Below, piece after piece: positions 51,910-61,766 of a stretch of 64,000 bases of DNA. The stretch's first letter is position 1. Each line of letters opens with the position of its first letter. A program made the translations under genes and the position numbers. Origin of the DNA: Bdellovibrionota bacterium (GTDB lineage Bacteria > Bdellovibrionota_C > UBA2361 > JAAYZI01); NCBI GenBank assembly GCA_050950765.1, contig JBMNIF010000003.1, forward strand, positions 160,001 to 224,000, in the 5' to 3' direction. The notes under the pieces were generated by a model. It had not been told where the DNA came from, made no database searches, and worked only from the letters and a program-made list of their open reading frames with translations.

Positions 51910-52195
51910 GATTGGTGCCACCCTTTAGTGTGAGGATGGTGTTAGAGAAAGAAAAGAAGGGTGGCACCAGTTTACCCCCGTGAAGACCTAGCTGATTCGT
52001 TTTGCAGTTCCAGCCCGTCCGGTCGTCCCTGAAGCGGTCGTCCCTGAAGGGTGGCACCAGTTTTTTAACCCCCGTAGAGATCTAGCTGATCCGTTTTGCA
52101 GTCCCAGCCCGTCCAGTCGTCGTTAAAGGGTGGCACCAGTGACAAGCCTGCAATAATTGCTGATTTAAGGGCAAAAAGAAGGGTGGCACCAGTCT
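51910..52195. repeat. GGTGCCACCC mosaic array 6, upstream of the RAYT gene (1 core on +, 4 on -)
   Basis: Cores at 51914 (+) and 51959, 52049, 52127, 52181 (-). Confidence 0.92.
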
Positions 52196-52217
52196 AGCCA
52201 GTTGAACAGGCAACTAG

Positions 52218-53153
52218 CTATTTTGCAGCAGGCGGGGCTTTTTTTCCTTTTTTGCTTACGGTTCGTTTGACAGGAGTTTTTGTTTTGACTTTTCTTTTAC
52301 GATTTTTCTTTTTAATAGACTTCTTAGATGGCTCTTCAGAAATTGGTGCCGACACAACACCATCCTCATTAAAGGAGCCGGTAAAGACGGTTGTTCCTCC
52401 TAAATTGATCTGAATTACTTCATGTCCAAACAACTCAATACACGTTAACATATTTCCATAAACCAAACCTGTATCAACTCCAATTTTTGAAGGAAGATCA
52501 AGGTAGACATCATGGTAGGGAGTATGCCCGAAAACTACGGTTTTATTAAAATAATGGGGGCTTAAGATAAACTCATCTCGAATCCAGAGCATATCTTCTT
52601 CAATTTGAGCATCTAGCGCACGTAAGGGATTCAACCCAGCATGTACAACCACAAAATCCCCGATCATTACACATGGCTCCAACGCTGTAAAAAAATTTAG
52701 ATGTGTTTGTATTAGCTTTCGCTCTTCTTCTTCCGGTAATGAAAATTCATCATTCGGCATATTATAACTCTCAAGAGTCTGCATCCCGCCATTAGCAAGA
52801 TATGAATTTTTTAAGATACTATGTTCAGAACTGAGATACGCTAACAACATCTCTTCATGGTTACCCTTTAAGAAAACGGTATCTGGGAATTTTTCTTTAA
52901 AATCTATTAAATACTGAACAACGCCTCTAGCATTATAACCTCTATCTATATAATCCCCACAAAAAACAACCAAATCTTTCTGACAGAGGTGACGCTCTTC
53001 TAAAAGAAACTCTATTATCAGGCGCAACTCATCCAAGCAGCCATGAATATCCCCTACGACATAAAGCCGTTCTGGTATCTCCTTTATCTCTCTAGGATTC
53101 GACACGCTTCCCCAAACTCCTGATAGTCCTACCAAATATAAGAAACAGTACAA
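52218..53153 (-). CDS. Calcineurin-like metallophosphoesterase (PPP Ser/Thr phosphatase family)
   Basis: GDIHG, GDYIDRG, KGNHE, VHAG, FGHTP and VDTG motifs; start probably the GTG at 53105. Confidence 0.9.
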   Translation of the reverse strand: MYCFLYLVGLSGVWGSVSNPREIKEIPERLYVVGDIHGCLDELRLIIEFLLEERHLCQKDLVVFCGDYIDRGYNARGVVQYLIDFKEKFPDTVFLKGNHEEMLLAYLSSEHSILKNSYLANGGMQTLESYNMPNDEFSLPEEEERKLIQTHLNFFTALEPCVMIGDFVVVHAGLNPLRALDAQIEEDMLWIRDEFILSPHYFNKTVVFGHTPYHDVYLDLPSKIGVDTGLVYGNMLTCIELFGHEVIQINLGGTTVFTGSFNEDGVVSAPISEEPSKKSIKKKNRKRKVKTKTPVKRTVSKKGKKAPPAAK

Positions 53154-53266
53154 AAACTGTCCTCGTCATACATCTTCGACATCCGTGAATTAAAACTATA
53201 CATAAATAAAAAAATATTAAAAATTCAATTTGTTAGACAGATGCAGCAGATAATGATAGAGAGAAA

Positions 53267-54943
53267 ATGTTTTTATCTACTAAGCAATGCCGCTTCAAAG
53301 ATTCACCTATGAAAACACAACCAAAATACATTACTTTCCTTGGCTCAACTGTCTCAGTTTTATTCACTCTGATAGGATTTGTCTTGGTTCTAATCTACGC
53401 CACACTTTATGAAGCACTACAAGGAACAGAATCACCTCACCGTCACGTTTACGATAATCTTTTCTTCGAAGCTATCATCCTCCTAATAGCTGCCAACCTC
53501 TTCATCGCTATTTTGCGCAATTTATCCTCCATAAAAAAAAATTATGCCCTACTCTTAATTTTTCTAGGGCTGGAACTCCTCATCGCAGGAGGGCTTTACA
53601 CCAAACATTACGGCGTACACGGCACAGTACTTTTAGCACAAAATGAAAAGAGCTCTGAAATCGTTAAGGAAAATTCTTATAATTTGCTAATTGAAGAAAA
53701 TAACAAACTTAGATCAATCCCCTTTGATTCACTAAAAAAAGGGCAGATTGTCGCCAAAAATGCTTCAAAAACATTTACAATTGATGATGTAATGAATAGA
53801 TCGTACCTTGATCTACGTGTCCATAATTCAACACAACGTAATCTTGGTATAGATCTAACTTATTCAAATACACAAAACAACACCGAACACAGATTCTGGC
53901 TGATTGCGAATAGCCCTTTCCCTGAGATTCGTAGCGAACGACTTTTTGCTGATACCCTACTCGCGCTTAGAACATTAGATACAGAGCCACTTGATACGCC
54001 ACAATTAAAGATCATCTCAAAGCAAGATAATACCATCTCCATTTTTAATCCCTCTAAAGATCTGAATAATATTACCATTGCTAAGAAATATAAGTTTGAA
54101 AATTTTAAATATTTTCAGAAAGCAGAGGTACATAATGGCGCTCTTGAAGATACAGCATCTTTAAGCAACCCTGCTGTTGAGTTCGATATTATAGAGATCA
54201 AGAGCGACGCTAGAGAAAGTCATACCCGCTTTGCCTTTATCCCGAATTTACCATCTTTACACGGCAAAGCTTCAGATAAAAGCTTTCCACTCTGGATTGA
54301 ACTTGTACCTGCGGTGACAGATTTTCCACAAACATTAACAAAATGTGTATTTGAAGCCTCCGCCACTGACGAGTGGTATTACAGTACAGATTTGACAAAC
54401 AAATTTCCCCTCTCAGTTGGAACAGAGATTCAACTTCCTAACAACAAGAAAATTCATGTAAATAGATTACTAACAAATGCGAAACTTCGTAGGACTGCCA
54501 TCCCTGCACTTGATGGAGATCCCGCACTTCTTATAAAAGATCAATCAGGTAAAAACAGCGATTGGGTATCACCTCTCTTCCCGCTAAAGAGATACCCAAA
54601 TATCTCCTTCTATATTACTCAAACAACACAAACACTGCCCTTTGCTATTGAACTACTAAATATAAACAAACTTTCTCAAGGTAATTCTTTTCATCTTCCA
54701 TCATATCAAGCAGATATTGCACTACATTTAGCGCCTGATACAGAAAGTATTGCAGGTACAGTTACAGTTAACGAACCATTCTACTATAACGGCTATCGTT
54801 TCCTCCTTGATTCATACAAAGAATTTCCTGTAATAGGTAGATTTATTATCGATAGATCCCCTGGCACTCCGCTCTTATGTCTCGGTGCTACCTTAATATT
54901 ACTCGGCATTATTACTGCTTTTCTAGGCAAAAAAGGAGACTAG
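53267..54943 (+). CDS. ResB/Ccs1-like cytochrome c biogenesis protein
   Basis: N-terminal TM segments, large periplasmic region, VTVNEPFYYNGYRF, PG then a C-terminal TM; upstream of ccsA. Confidence 0.7.
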   Translation: MFLSTKQCRFKDSPMKTQPKYITFLGSTVSVLFTLIGFVLVLIYATLYEALQGTESPHRHVYDNLFFEAIILLIAANLFIAILRNLSSIKKNYALLLIFLGLELLIAGGLYTKHYGVHGTVLLAQNEKSSEIVKENSYNLLIEENNKLRSIPFDSLKKGQIVAKNASKTFTIDDVMNRSYLDLRVHNSTQRNLGIDLTYSNTQNNTEHRFWLIANSPFPEIRSERLFADTLLALRTLDTEPLDTPQLKIISKQDNTISIFNPSKDLNNITIAKKYKFENFKYFQKAEVHNGALEDTASLSNPAVEFDIIEIKSDARESHTRFAFIPNLPSLHGKASDKSFPLWIELVPAVTDFPQTLTKCVFEASATDEWYYSTDLTNKFPLSVGTEIQLPNNKKIHVNRLLTNAKLRRTAIPALDGDPALLIKDQSGKNSDWVSPLFPLKRYPNISFYITQTTQTLPFAIELLNINKLSQGNSFHLPSYQADIALHLAPDTESIAGTVTVNEPFYYNGYRFLLDSYKEFPVIGRFIIDRSPGTPLLCLGATLILLGIITAFLGKKGD

Positions 54944-54948
54944 ATACA

Positions 54949-55827
54949 ATGCTATTAAATATCATTACCTGTTTATACTTCTTAATCTGCTTATTAGCAC
55001 TGTTGAAAACAACTACATGTTTAAAATTGAATACTTCCGTTCCGATTTTAACCATCATAATTTTTATAGGTGCCTTTACATTACATTCTTATATCATTGC
55101 AAGCAGAAGCAACTTACTTCTTTATCCGGCTATTACAAACACCTATGAAGTAACGGTCTTTTTGAGTTGGTGTATCGCCTTACTAGCACTTATTTTTTCT
55201 ATGTTAAAGCATAACGTTACGATTCTACACCTAATATCTCTCGTCTGTGGGGTCTTGTTACTCAATGCAAGTCTTACCCCTTTCAATCAAGAGATACAGC
55301 CACTACCAGCAGTGCTGCAAACAAAATTTTGGCTAATCTTACATGTAGTAACAATTATTTTCGGATATGCAGCAATTACATGTAGTATGGTAATAGCTCA
55401 TAAGTACCTTATAAAAAGGTGGTCAAAACCTGCACAAGCAGAGCTTATTCTGCGCCTATTGCAGATCGGCACCGTTGCTATTGGATTAGGAACAGTTCTG
55501 GGAGGATGTTGGGCAGAAGTTTCATGGGGGCGTTTCTGGGACTGGGATCCTAAAGAAAGTTGGGCTTTAATTACTTTTTTAAGCGCACTAACAATACTTT
55601 TACTATATCACCAAAGTATCATTACAAAACGGGGATTAGCTTACGGAGCTATCATCTCTTTTCTTTTTATATTGATGACTTGGTACGGCGTTAATTTTAT
55701 TCTACAATCTGGCTTACACAGTTATGGATTCGGATCAGGTGGAGGAGCCGTCGTTGTCGTATATTTAATCTGTGAATTAATTTTCCTTATGAGGCTTTCA
55801 GGCTTTTTTATAAAATTTTTTAAATAA
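54949..55827 (+). CDS. ccsA: Cytochrome c biogenesis protein CcsA/ResC (system II)
   Basis: WLILHV, GGCWAEVSWGRFWDWDPKESWALI and GLHSYG motifs. Confidence 0.92.
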   Translation: MLLNIITCLYFLICLLALLKTTTCLKLNTSVPILTIIIFIGAFTLHSYIIASRSNLLLYPAITNTYEVTVFLSWCIALLALIFSMLKHNVTILHLISLVCGVLLLNASLTPFNQEIQPLPAVLQTKFWLILHVVTIIFGYAAITCSMVIAHKYLIKRWSKPAQAELILRLLQIGTVAIGLGTVLGGCWAEVSWGRFWDWDPKESWALITFLSALTILLLYHQSIITKRGLAYGAIISFLFILMTWYGVNFILQSGLHSYGFGSGGGAVVVVYLICELIFLMRLSGFFIKFFK

Positions 55828-55926
55828 CAACTCAGGGGAAACACGAAAAGGGGAAATGGTGCCGCCCACCTGCTAGAGGTTGTCCTAAGAAAGTGCCTCA
55901 ACTTAAAAAATCAATTACGAAACAAC

Positions 55927-56310
55927 TTACAGATCAAGATCAGCGCGTGTTTCGAACCTTCCACGAACTTCCCTAAAAGGTGGTTCACTCTCTTCTTTAT
56001 TAACGTATTTCTTCCTGTCGGATTTTTTTTCAACGATGTCAGTGAATCTGTATTCCGCTAATCTCTTTTCAATATTCTGTAGACCAAGCGCACAACACTT
56101 CCGAACAGCCTCTACTGAATACAATGCAGCTCTTTTTACTAAAGCATATTCATGTTTTGACAATTCACGACGTGCGCGCTCTAAGACCTCTTTTGACTCA
56201 TACATCCCTTTGGAGTAGCCGGAGTCATCACTATTACGGAGACAAAGATACGTTTTCACTATCTCACGTTGAAACTCTAACACGAATGAAACGGCCAATG
56301 TCTGTTCCAT
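55927..56310 (-). CDS. Hypothetical protein
   Basis: 127-aa ORF with an AAGGTG ribosome-binding-like site; no family recognised. Confidence 0.5.
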   Translation of the reverse strand: MEQTLAVSFVLEFQREIVKTYLCLRNSDDSGYSKGMYESKEVLERARRELSKHEYALVKRAALYSVEAVRKCCALGLQNIEKRLAEYRFTDIVEKKSDRKKYVNKEESEPPFREVRGRFETRADLDL

Positions 56311-56554
56311 ATCGTCACCTTTCGTCCTTAGTGTTTATAACAGCTATCCGTTCCCATAGTTAAAAAACAAACGAAAACGGCACAACCATCTCTTTTTTGG
56401 TACGATTCGTTAAAGATAATAAAACAGAATTAAAAAATCAACAAAAAAATGATTTTTAGTCTTGACACGATTTCGCCAAAAGCCCCCTTTTAAAACTATT
56501 GCAGATTTTTCAAGACTAAATATCTCGCACAAGCTGCATGTCATGAGACAACTG

Positions 56555-56860
56555 TGGTGCCACCCTTTAGTTTGGGCAGGATCGGCTGACTTTAGCTCGG
56601 CTGCCACTGGTCAGTAGTTTTGGTGCCACCCATTAATCCGCGCAGCCATTTTTCAAATAGGACACCCAAACTCTAAAACTATAACATCTAATAATATCAC
56701 GATGTTAGCAAAAGCTTAAAATTGACAGATCTGGTGCCACCCTTTAGTTTGAGCGGGATCGGCTGACTTTAGCTCGGCTGCCACTGGTCAGTAGTTTTGG
56801 TGCCACCCACCAGTAAAACGGGTTCGACAGGTGGTTAAAAATTCGGTGCCACCCTTCAGT
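56555..56860 (+). repeat. GGTGCCACCC mosaic array 7 (5 cores, all +)
   Basis: Cores at about 56556, 56622, 56733, 56799 and 56845; spacer 56566-56621 is duplicated at 56743-56798. Confidence 0.9.
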
Positions 56861-56916
56861 TGACCAGCTTGAAGTTTAAAAAAAGTTCTTGGTCTCGGAA
56901 AGTCGACTCAAGATAA

Positions 56917-57333
56917 CTACTCTGCACCCTTTTGACCATCAACACTAAAGCAACCTGGACCACTAGCAAGTAATGATAAGGAAACGAAAAATAAGATAAT
57001 ATCCTTATTAGGCAATTCTGGGATAGCAGGATAAGGGAAAAAGCCTATCGGTAAGATAAAGGTTATTATCATAATAGCGGAAAGAACAGCCGCTAAATTT
57101 GTCCATAGCCCGATCAATAGTAACCCACCTACAGTTAACTCAAGATACGGCAAGACAGCAGCATAAAGCATAGAGAGCTTACCCGGTAAAAAGTGAAGTT
57201 GATTTACCGCCTCTACAAAGGTATGCATATTTTGAATTGTAACATACCCTACTATTAAAAAATAAATAGCAAGGGGAATCCTTACTAATAACCCTGTCAA
57301 TCTGGAATCCCATATCGGCTGCCCTAAACTCAT
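56917..57333 (-). CDS. DoxX/MauE-like membrane protein
   Basis: LLVRIPLAIYF, LELTVGGLLLIGLWT and GPGCFSVD motifs. Confidence 0.8.
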   Translation of the reverse strand: MSLGQPIWDSRLTGLLVRIPLAIYFLIVGYVTIQNMHTFVEAVNQLHFLPGKLSMLYAAVLPYLELTVGGLLLIGLWTNLAAVLSAIMIITFILPIGFFPYPAIPELPNKDIILFFVSLSLLASGPGCFSVDGQKGAE

Positions 57334-57488
57334 ATAAAACTCCTTATAAATCTTGACATCCCGTGCCTAAAATAAACTTGTCGTGGATTTTACCCCCTCA
57401 AATAAGACTTTGCCAATACCGTAAAAACATACGCTTATTCTTAAGTTAACTACTTCCTACGATCTCCCCACTCAAACATCTTACGTAA

Positions 57489-58667
57489 CTACCTTCTGCG
57501 CAATACGACAGCTACATTCTTTTTACTCGCCCGTGTATTCTCTCTCGGTTTTAAACAATTTTTAAGGGTTGGCTGTTTTTGTCTAATCTCAACAGAACAC
57601 TCAGCCTCCCAATACCTACCAAGTTGCTGAGAGACCATCTTAATTAGCATCTCATCCAAAGAGAGAGAGGTATCCTTTCTACGCACATCACTTAAATTAA
57701 AAACAGCTCGGCGGCCTCCTTTTGTAACACGTGCAAGCTCTAATAAAAGCTCATTCATATAATCAAGCCACTGCGGCACACTTTCACACTCTTGCGGATA
57801 CTCTTCCTTCATAGAACATCCTGCAAACCAACGTCGTAACCACATCTCTGACTTATATAAACGGTGATTCGGCAAAGGGGGTGTTGTTAAAACCAAATCC
57901 ACAGAATTCGGTTGCAGTTCAAGAAGGTTACGAGGATCTGAAAGAAGTGCTCTACTTTCAGAAGAAGCCTGATATAAACTAGAAGGAAGCCCGTCTCTAA
58001 GCACCACAGCAGATCGTCTTAAAATTCTTGGAATCGTTGCTCTATAATCAGGTTCTTGACTACGCTTAGCATTTAGTGCCAGTTGATCAGCGGGCGAAAT
58101 AGAAATTTGAGCCCCCGTATAAACAGAAAAAAATCCTGCTCCATGTCCATGCAATAACCCTAATGTGATAGCCTCTATAAAACGTGCCACCCTGCTATTC
58201 TCATGATCTCTTACATAACGACGTAAGTTTACGAGCTCTCTAAAGGTAGCCACATCATAGAATGGAGCAAAATATTGCAGATACGCCCCTAACTCTACCG
58301 GTCTTCTTAGATCTATCATCTGTAAAGCTAAAGTAACTTCTGTAATATCAGCAGGATACATTTTAGAGGCAGTAATTCGAAGCCCCAACGGATCTGTATC
58401 GACTGCAAAAACACATCTCCCCGAAAGCAAAGCCTCTAATGCCACATCCCCTGATCCTGCAAACGGATCTAAAACCAGATCTCCTGTTCGTGAATAATTC
58501 TTTAAAAAATGAGCCATCACATCAGGATTACCACGTTCCGGAATGGGAACTATATAGTGTAAAGAATGAGACCTCTCCTCACCTGAAGAGGATGTAAGAT
58601 CTAATGTTTTCTTTAAGAATGGTATATCTTCTGCGATTTTCATCTTTAAAGCTAACTGACCAGCCAC
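57489..58667 (-). CDS. Amino-DNA methyltransferase-like protein with an altered catalytic motif
   Basis: GDLVLDPFAGSG SAM-binding motif; SVDLVLTTPPL where TSPPY is expected; ELARVTKGG. Confidence 0.7.
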   Translation of the reverse strand: MAGQLALKMKIAEDIPFLKKTLDLTSSSGEERSHSLHYIVPIPERGNPDVMAHFLKNYSRTGDLVLDPFAGSGDVALEALLSGRCVFAVDTDPLGLRITASKMYPADITEVTLALQMIDLRRPVELGAYLQYFAPFYDVATFRELVNLRRYVRDHENSRVARFIEAITLGLLHGHGAGFFSVYTGAQISISPADQLALNAKRSQEPDYRATIPRILRRSAVVLRDGLPSSLYQASSESRALLSDPRNLLELQPNSVDLVLTTPPLPNHRLYKSEMWLRRWFAGCSMKEEYPQECESVPQWLDYMNELLLELARVTKGGRRAVFNLSDVRRKDTSLSLDEMLIKMVSQQLGRYWEAECSVEIRQKQPTLKNCLKPRENTRASKKNVAVVLRRR

Positions 58668-59010
58668 CCCACCATCCTCTTAAAACGGGAAAACAATTAA
58701 AAAATCATGGCTCTTAAGATCTAAAAAACTATCAACCTAACTCGCCAAGCAGCAATCTACGTTCCTCATAGTATAGGTAGAGAGCTTCTTACGCTACACA
58801 CTATCTGAATATAGCTAAATCAAAAAAAGCCGTCATTTGCATATTAATGCACTATTCTGGTCACTTTTTTCACCTCCTCAAGGTTTACCTCTCAGGACAA
58901 ATAAGCGTAGAACAAAGCACTTTTACTTTAAGTACCTTTAAGAATTAGTTAGATCGGGATCTTATTTTGAATTGAAAAAAGAATTTGCAGTTTAAATAAA
59001 ACTATGGTTG

Positions 59011-59062
59011 TTTTTACTCGCAAGCGATTGTAGTGCAGCTCCAACTCTTCTTTCGCTTCTCC
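59011..59062 (-). repeat. Diverged copy of the 3' end of the TPR gene
   Basis: TTTTTACTCGCAAGCGATTGT...AACTCTTCTTTCGC matches 59436-59483. Confidence 0.8.
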
Positions 59063-59079
59063 TGACTTCTCTTTAAACT

Positions 59080-59372
59080 AAAGGGTGGCACCAAATTTTT
59101 AACCGGCTGTCCAGATCTAAGCGATTCGTTCTGAAGTTTCAGCCCGCTTAATTCTCACTGGTGGGTGGACGATAGTCCTTGAAGGGTGGCACCAAATTTT
59201 CCACCTGCCGAACCCGTTTTAGTGGTGGGTGGCACCAGCTGCAAAGCCAGCTAAAACTGCCAGATCTACCCCAATTAATGGGTGGCACCAAAACTGCCAA
59301 ATTTTAATTTTCTGCCAACATCTTAATATTATTAGATGTTATAACTTTAGAGTTTGGGTGCCGTATTTAAAA
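59080..59372 (-). repeat. GGTGCCACCC mosaic array 8 (4 cores, all -)
   Basis: GGGTGGCACC at about 59082, 59184, 59227 and 59280, plus the AT-rich module at 59305-59372. Confidence 0.88.
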
Positions 59373-59431
59373 ACCTCTGCCGCTCTAAAAGGTAGGAGGA
59401 TCGTCTGAAGGATGAAAATTTCTATCTATAG

Positions 59432-60562
59432 TTATTTTTTACTCGCAAGCGATTGTGCTGCCGCATCAAACTCTTCTTTCGCCTCCACAGCACGCCCTGT
59501 CCGTTCAAAAAGAAGCCCTAAATTGCGATGAGCGGCGGAATTTACAGGATTAAGTTTAAGAGACTCTTTTAAAGATTTTTCAGCTAAGTCATATTTACCC
59601 AACTCAAGTTGAGCCCAACCCAAGACCCCTAATAACCTAGGGAGATGCGGATCATTCTGAAGCAACTTCTCCTTAGCTTCAATAAGCAACTCTTCAGCTT
59701 GAATCTCGGAGTTTTTGCGAATTTTAGAGATCGCAAGATTAATTTTTGAATCGAGATCTGACTTATCAAGCTCAACAGCCCTACTAAAAGCTAATTCGGC
59801 TCTGTCATTCTCTCCAAGCTTATCATAAATCACCCCTAAAGCCCGAAATGGAGCAGCGTCCTCTCCATTTAATTCAGTTGCCCTCGTAAGATTTTTTAGA
59901 GCAGCTTCATAACGGTGCATTTTTTTATTGAGAAGCCCTGAAAAAAGCAAAGTGCTATAATTAGCACCATCTAAATCAAGCGATCTTTTATACGCCTTTA
60001 ATGCCTCTTCACTCTTCTCCATTTTTTCATATAGAACACCTAAATTAAAATACGTCAGCGCATTTCTTTCATCAACTTCTTGAGCTTTTTTAAGATACTT
60101 CAAGGCACGATCGATCCGATCTGTTTTCTCATAAATCACTGCCAACCCCTGCAACGCTCTCACTTCAGATCTATCTTTATCTAAGACCTCTTCATAAAGT
60201 TGTCGCGCACTATCAGGATCCGCAGTCTTTAAACGAACTTCAGCCAAAGCCAAGAGAAACTCTTTTCGACGTTCTTTCTCCAACGCCTTCTCAAAAAGCG
60301 CGATAGCCTCCTCTTCATGACCTTTTTTAAATTCGATTAACCCCAAATTAAAGTTTGCTTCAACTAAATTTGGACACAATTCTAAAGCTTTTTTATAAAG
60401 TTGAGCCTCTTCATCTGAAGCATCAGCAAGATCAACTCCCCTTCTAACTAAGCGCCCCGCCTCCTCGCACTTATCTTCGGCTTTTAATATTATGGAAGGG
60501 AAGCACAGCCCTAAAAAAAACAACGCTAGAAATGAATATTTGCAAGCCTTAGGAATTAGCAT
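59432..60562 (-). CDS. Secreted TPR repeat protein
   Basis: Signal peptide followed by many TPR units (ANFNLG, TYFNLGVLY, AHRNLGLL). Confidence 0.9.
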   Translation of the reverse strand: MLIPKACKYSFLALFFLGLCFPSIILKAEDKCEEAGRLVRRGVDLADASDEEAQLYKKALELCPNLVEANFNLGLIEFKKGHEEEAIALFEKALEKERRKEFLLALAEVRLKTADPDSARQLYEEVLDKDRSEVRALQGLAVIYEKTDRIDRALKYLKKAQEVDERNALTYFNLGVLYEKMEKSEEALKAYKRSLDLDGANYSTLLFSGLLNKKMHRYEAALKNLTRATELNGEDAAPFRALGVIYDKLGENDRAELAFSRAVELDKSDLDSKINLAISKIRKNSEIQAEELLIEAKEKLLQNDPHLPRLLGVLGWAQLELGKYDLAEKSLKESLKLNPVNSAAHRNLGLLFERTGRAVEAKEEFDAAAQSLASKK

Positions 60563-61766
60563 AGATATGCCCTTTTCCCGAGTCAGCGCTTAATACACTT
60601 AAAGAATCAAGCACCTTTTGTAATTTATCTTCAGACGCAACCAGCGCAAATCGAACAAAATTTTTGTAAGCATCACCAAAAGTCCCTCCTGGTAACGCTA
60701 CAATATTAAAAGATTCCAGCAGACTATAAGTTAGATCATCTCCACTCATCCCCATAAACTCTGGAACCTCCGCCCACACGGAAGTACCAGCTTTAGGCAT
60801 GGTAACATTCCAACCGATTTTACGCAGTCCTGACACAAACATCCGACACCGTCTTCGGTATTTATCCATAATCGGCAAAGTCAGATCAGTTGTAGAGGTT
60901 AATCCTGCAGCCGCAGCATCTTGAATCGGTAAAAAGATCCCATAATCAATCCTAGATTTCAATCTTCCAAGTTTAGCTATTAGGTCAGGATTCCCAAGTG
61001 CTGCCGCCACACGCCAACCTGGAACACTATAAGATTTAGAAAGGCTGTAAATTTCGATACTATGATCCATGGCATCAGGAGTAGCCAGTAAGCTCTCTGC
61101 CGCTCCTGTGTCGTACGCCATCTCGCCATATACGAAATCATTAATAATAAAAAATCCTCTCTTAATAGCTAGTTCATGCAACTCATCATAAAATTTCCTA
61201 CTTACGACCACACCACTCGGATTATTAGGAAAATTAAGCAACAACACAGCATAACTTTGACGCGCTGTCATCTCATCAATTTCAGCAAGCATCTTACCTT
61301 CATCATCAGAGATGTGAAAGAAATCATAGTCCATTCCAGCCATATCCAATGCCGGTTGATACGTTGAATATGTTGGTGCCCCTAATAATGCTTTAGATCT
61401 CCTTGAGTCTAGGGCAGATAACGTGTTTAACACCCCCTCTTTTGATCCCATAACAGAACAGATATCTGTCTCAGGATCTAAATCAACATTGAACACAGTT
61501 CTGTATTTGTAAGCAAAAGCTTCCCTTAGTTTTCTAATACCCCGCGAAACTGCATATCGATGTCGATCCGTATGCAAAGAACTTTCAACCAGTTTATCGA
61601 GTAAAAAACGAGGCGGCTCTATATCAGGATTAATCATCGACAGATCAATTATATCCTCACCGGAATAAACCTTTTTAAGCTTCAATTTATTAAACTCTTG
61701 CAAGCAATCCACCCGTAACCACTCAAATGGATTATGCACCCTCGCTATTGCACTAACAGACATCAC
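60549..61766 (-). CDS. PLP-dependent aminotransferase class I/II (AlaC-like)
   Basis: NFPNNPSG, DFVYGE, SLSKSYSVPGWRV and FVRFALV motifs. Confidence 0.9.
   Translation of the reverse strand: MMSVSAIARVHNPFEWLRVDCLQEFNKLKLKKVYSGEDIIDLSMINPDIEPPRFLLDKLVESSLHTDRHRYAVSRGIRKLREAFAYKYRTVFNVDLDPETDICSVMGSKEGVLNTLSALDSRRSKALLGAPTYSTYQPALDMAGMDYDFFHISDDEGKMLAEIDEMTARQSYAVLLLNFPNNPSGVVVSRKFYDELHELAIKRGFFIINDFVYGEMAYDTGAAESLLATPDAMDHSIEIYSLSKSYSVPGWRVAAALGNPDLIAKLGRLKSRIDYGIFLPIQDAAAAGLTSTTDLTLPIMDKYRRRCRMFVSGLRKIGWNVTMPKAGTSVWAEVPEFMGMSGDDLTYSLLESFNIVALPGGTFGDAYKNFVRFALVASEDKLQKVLDSLSVLSADSGKGHIYANS

Noticed and set aside
55858..55868. Isolated GGTGCCGCCC
   Set aside because: A single mismatched copy without modules; possibly a decayed core but not supportable
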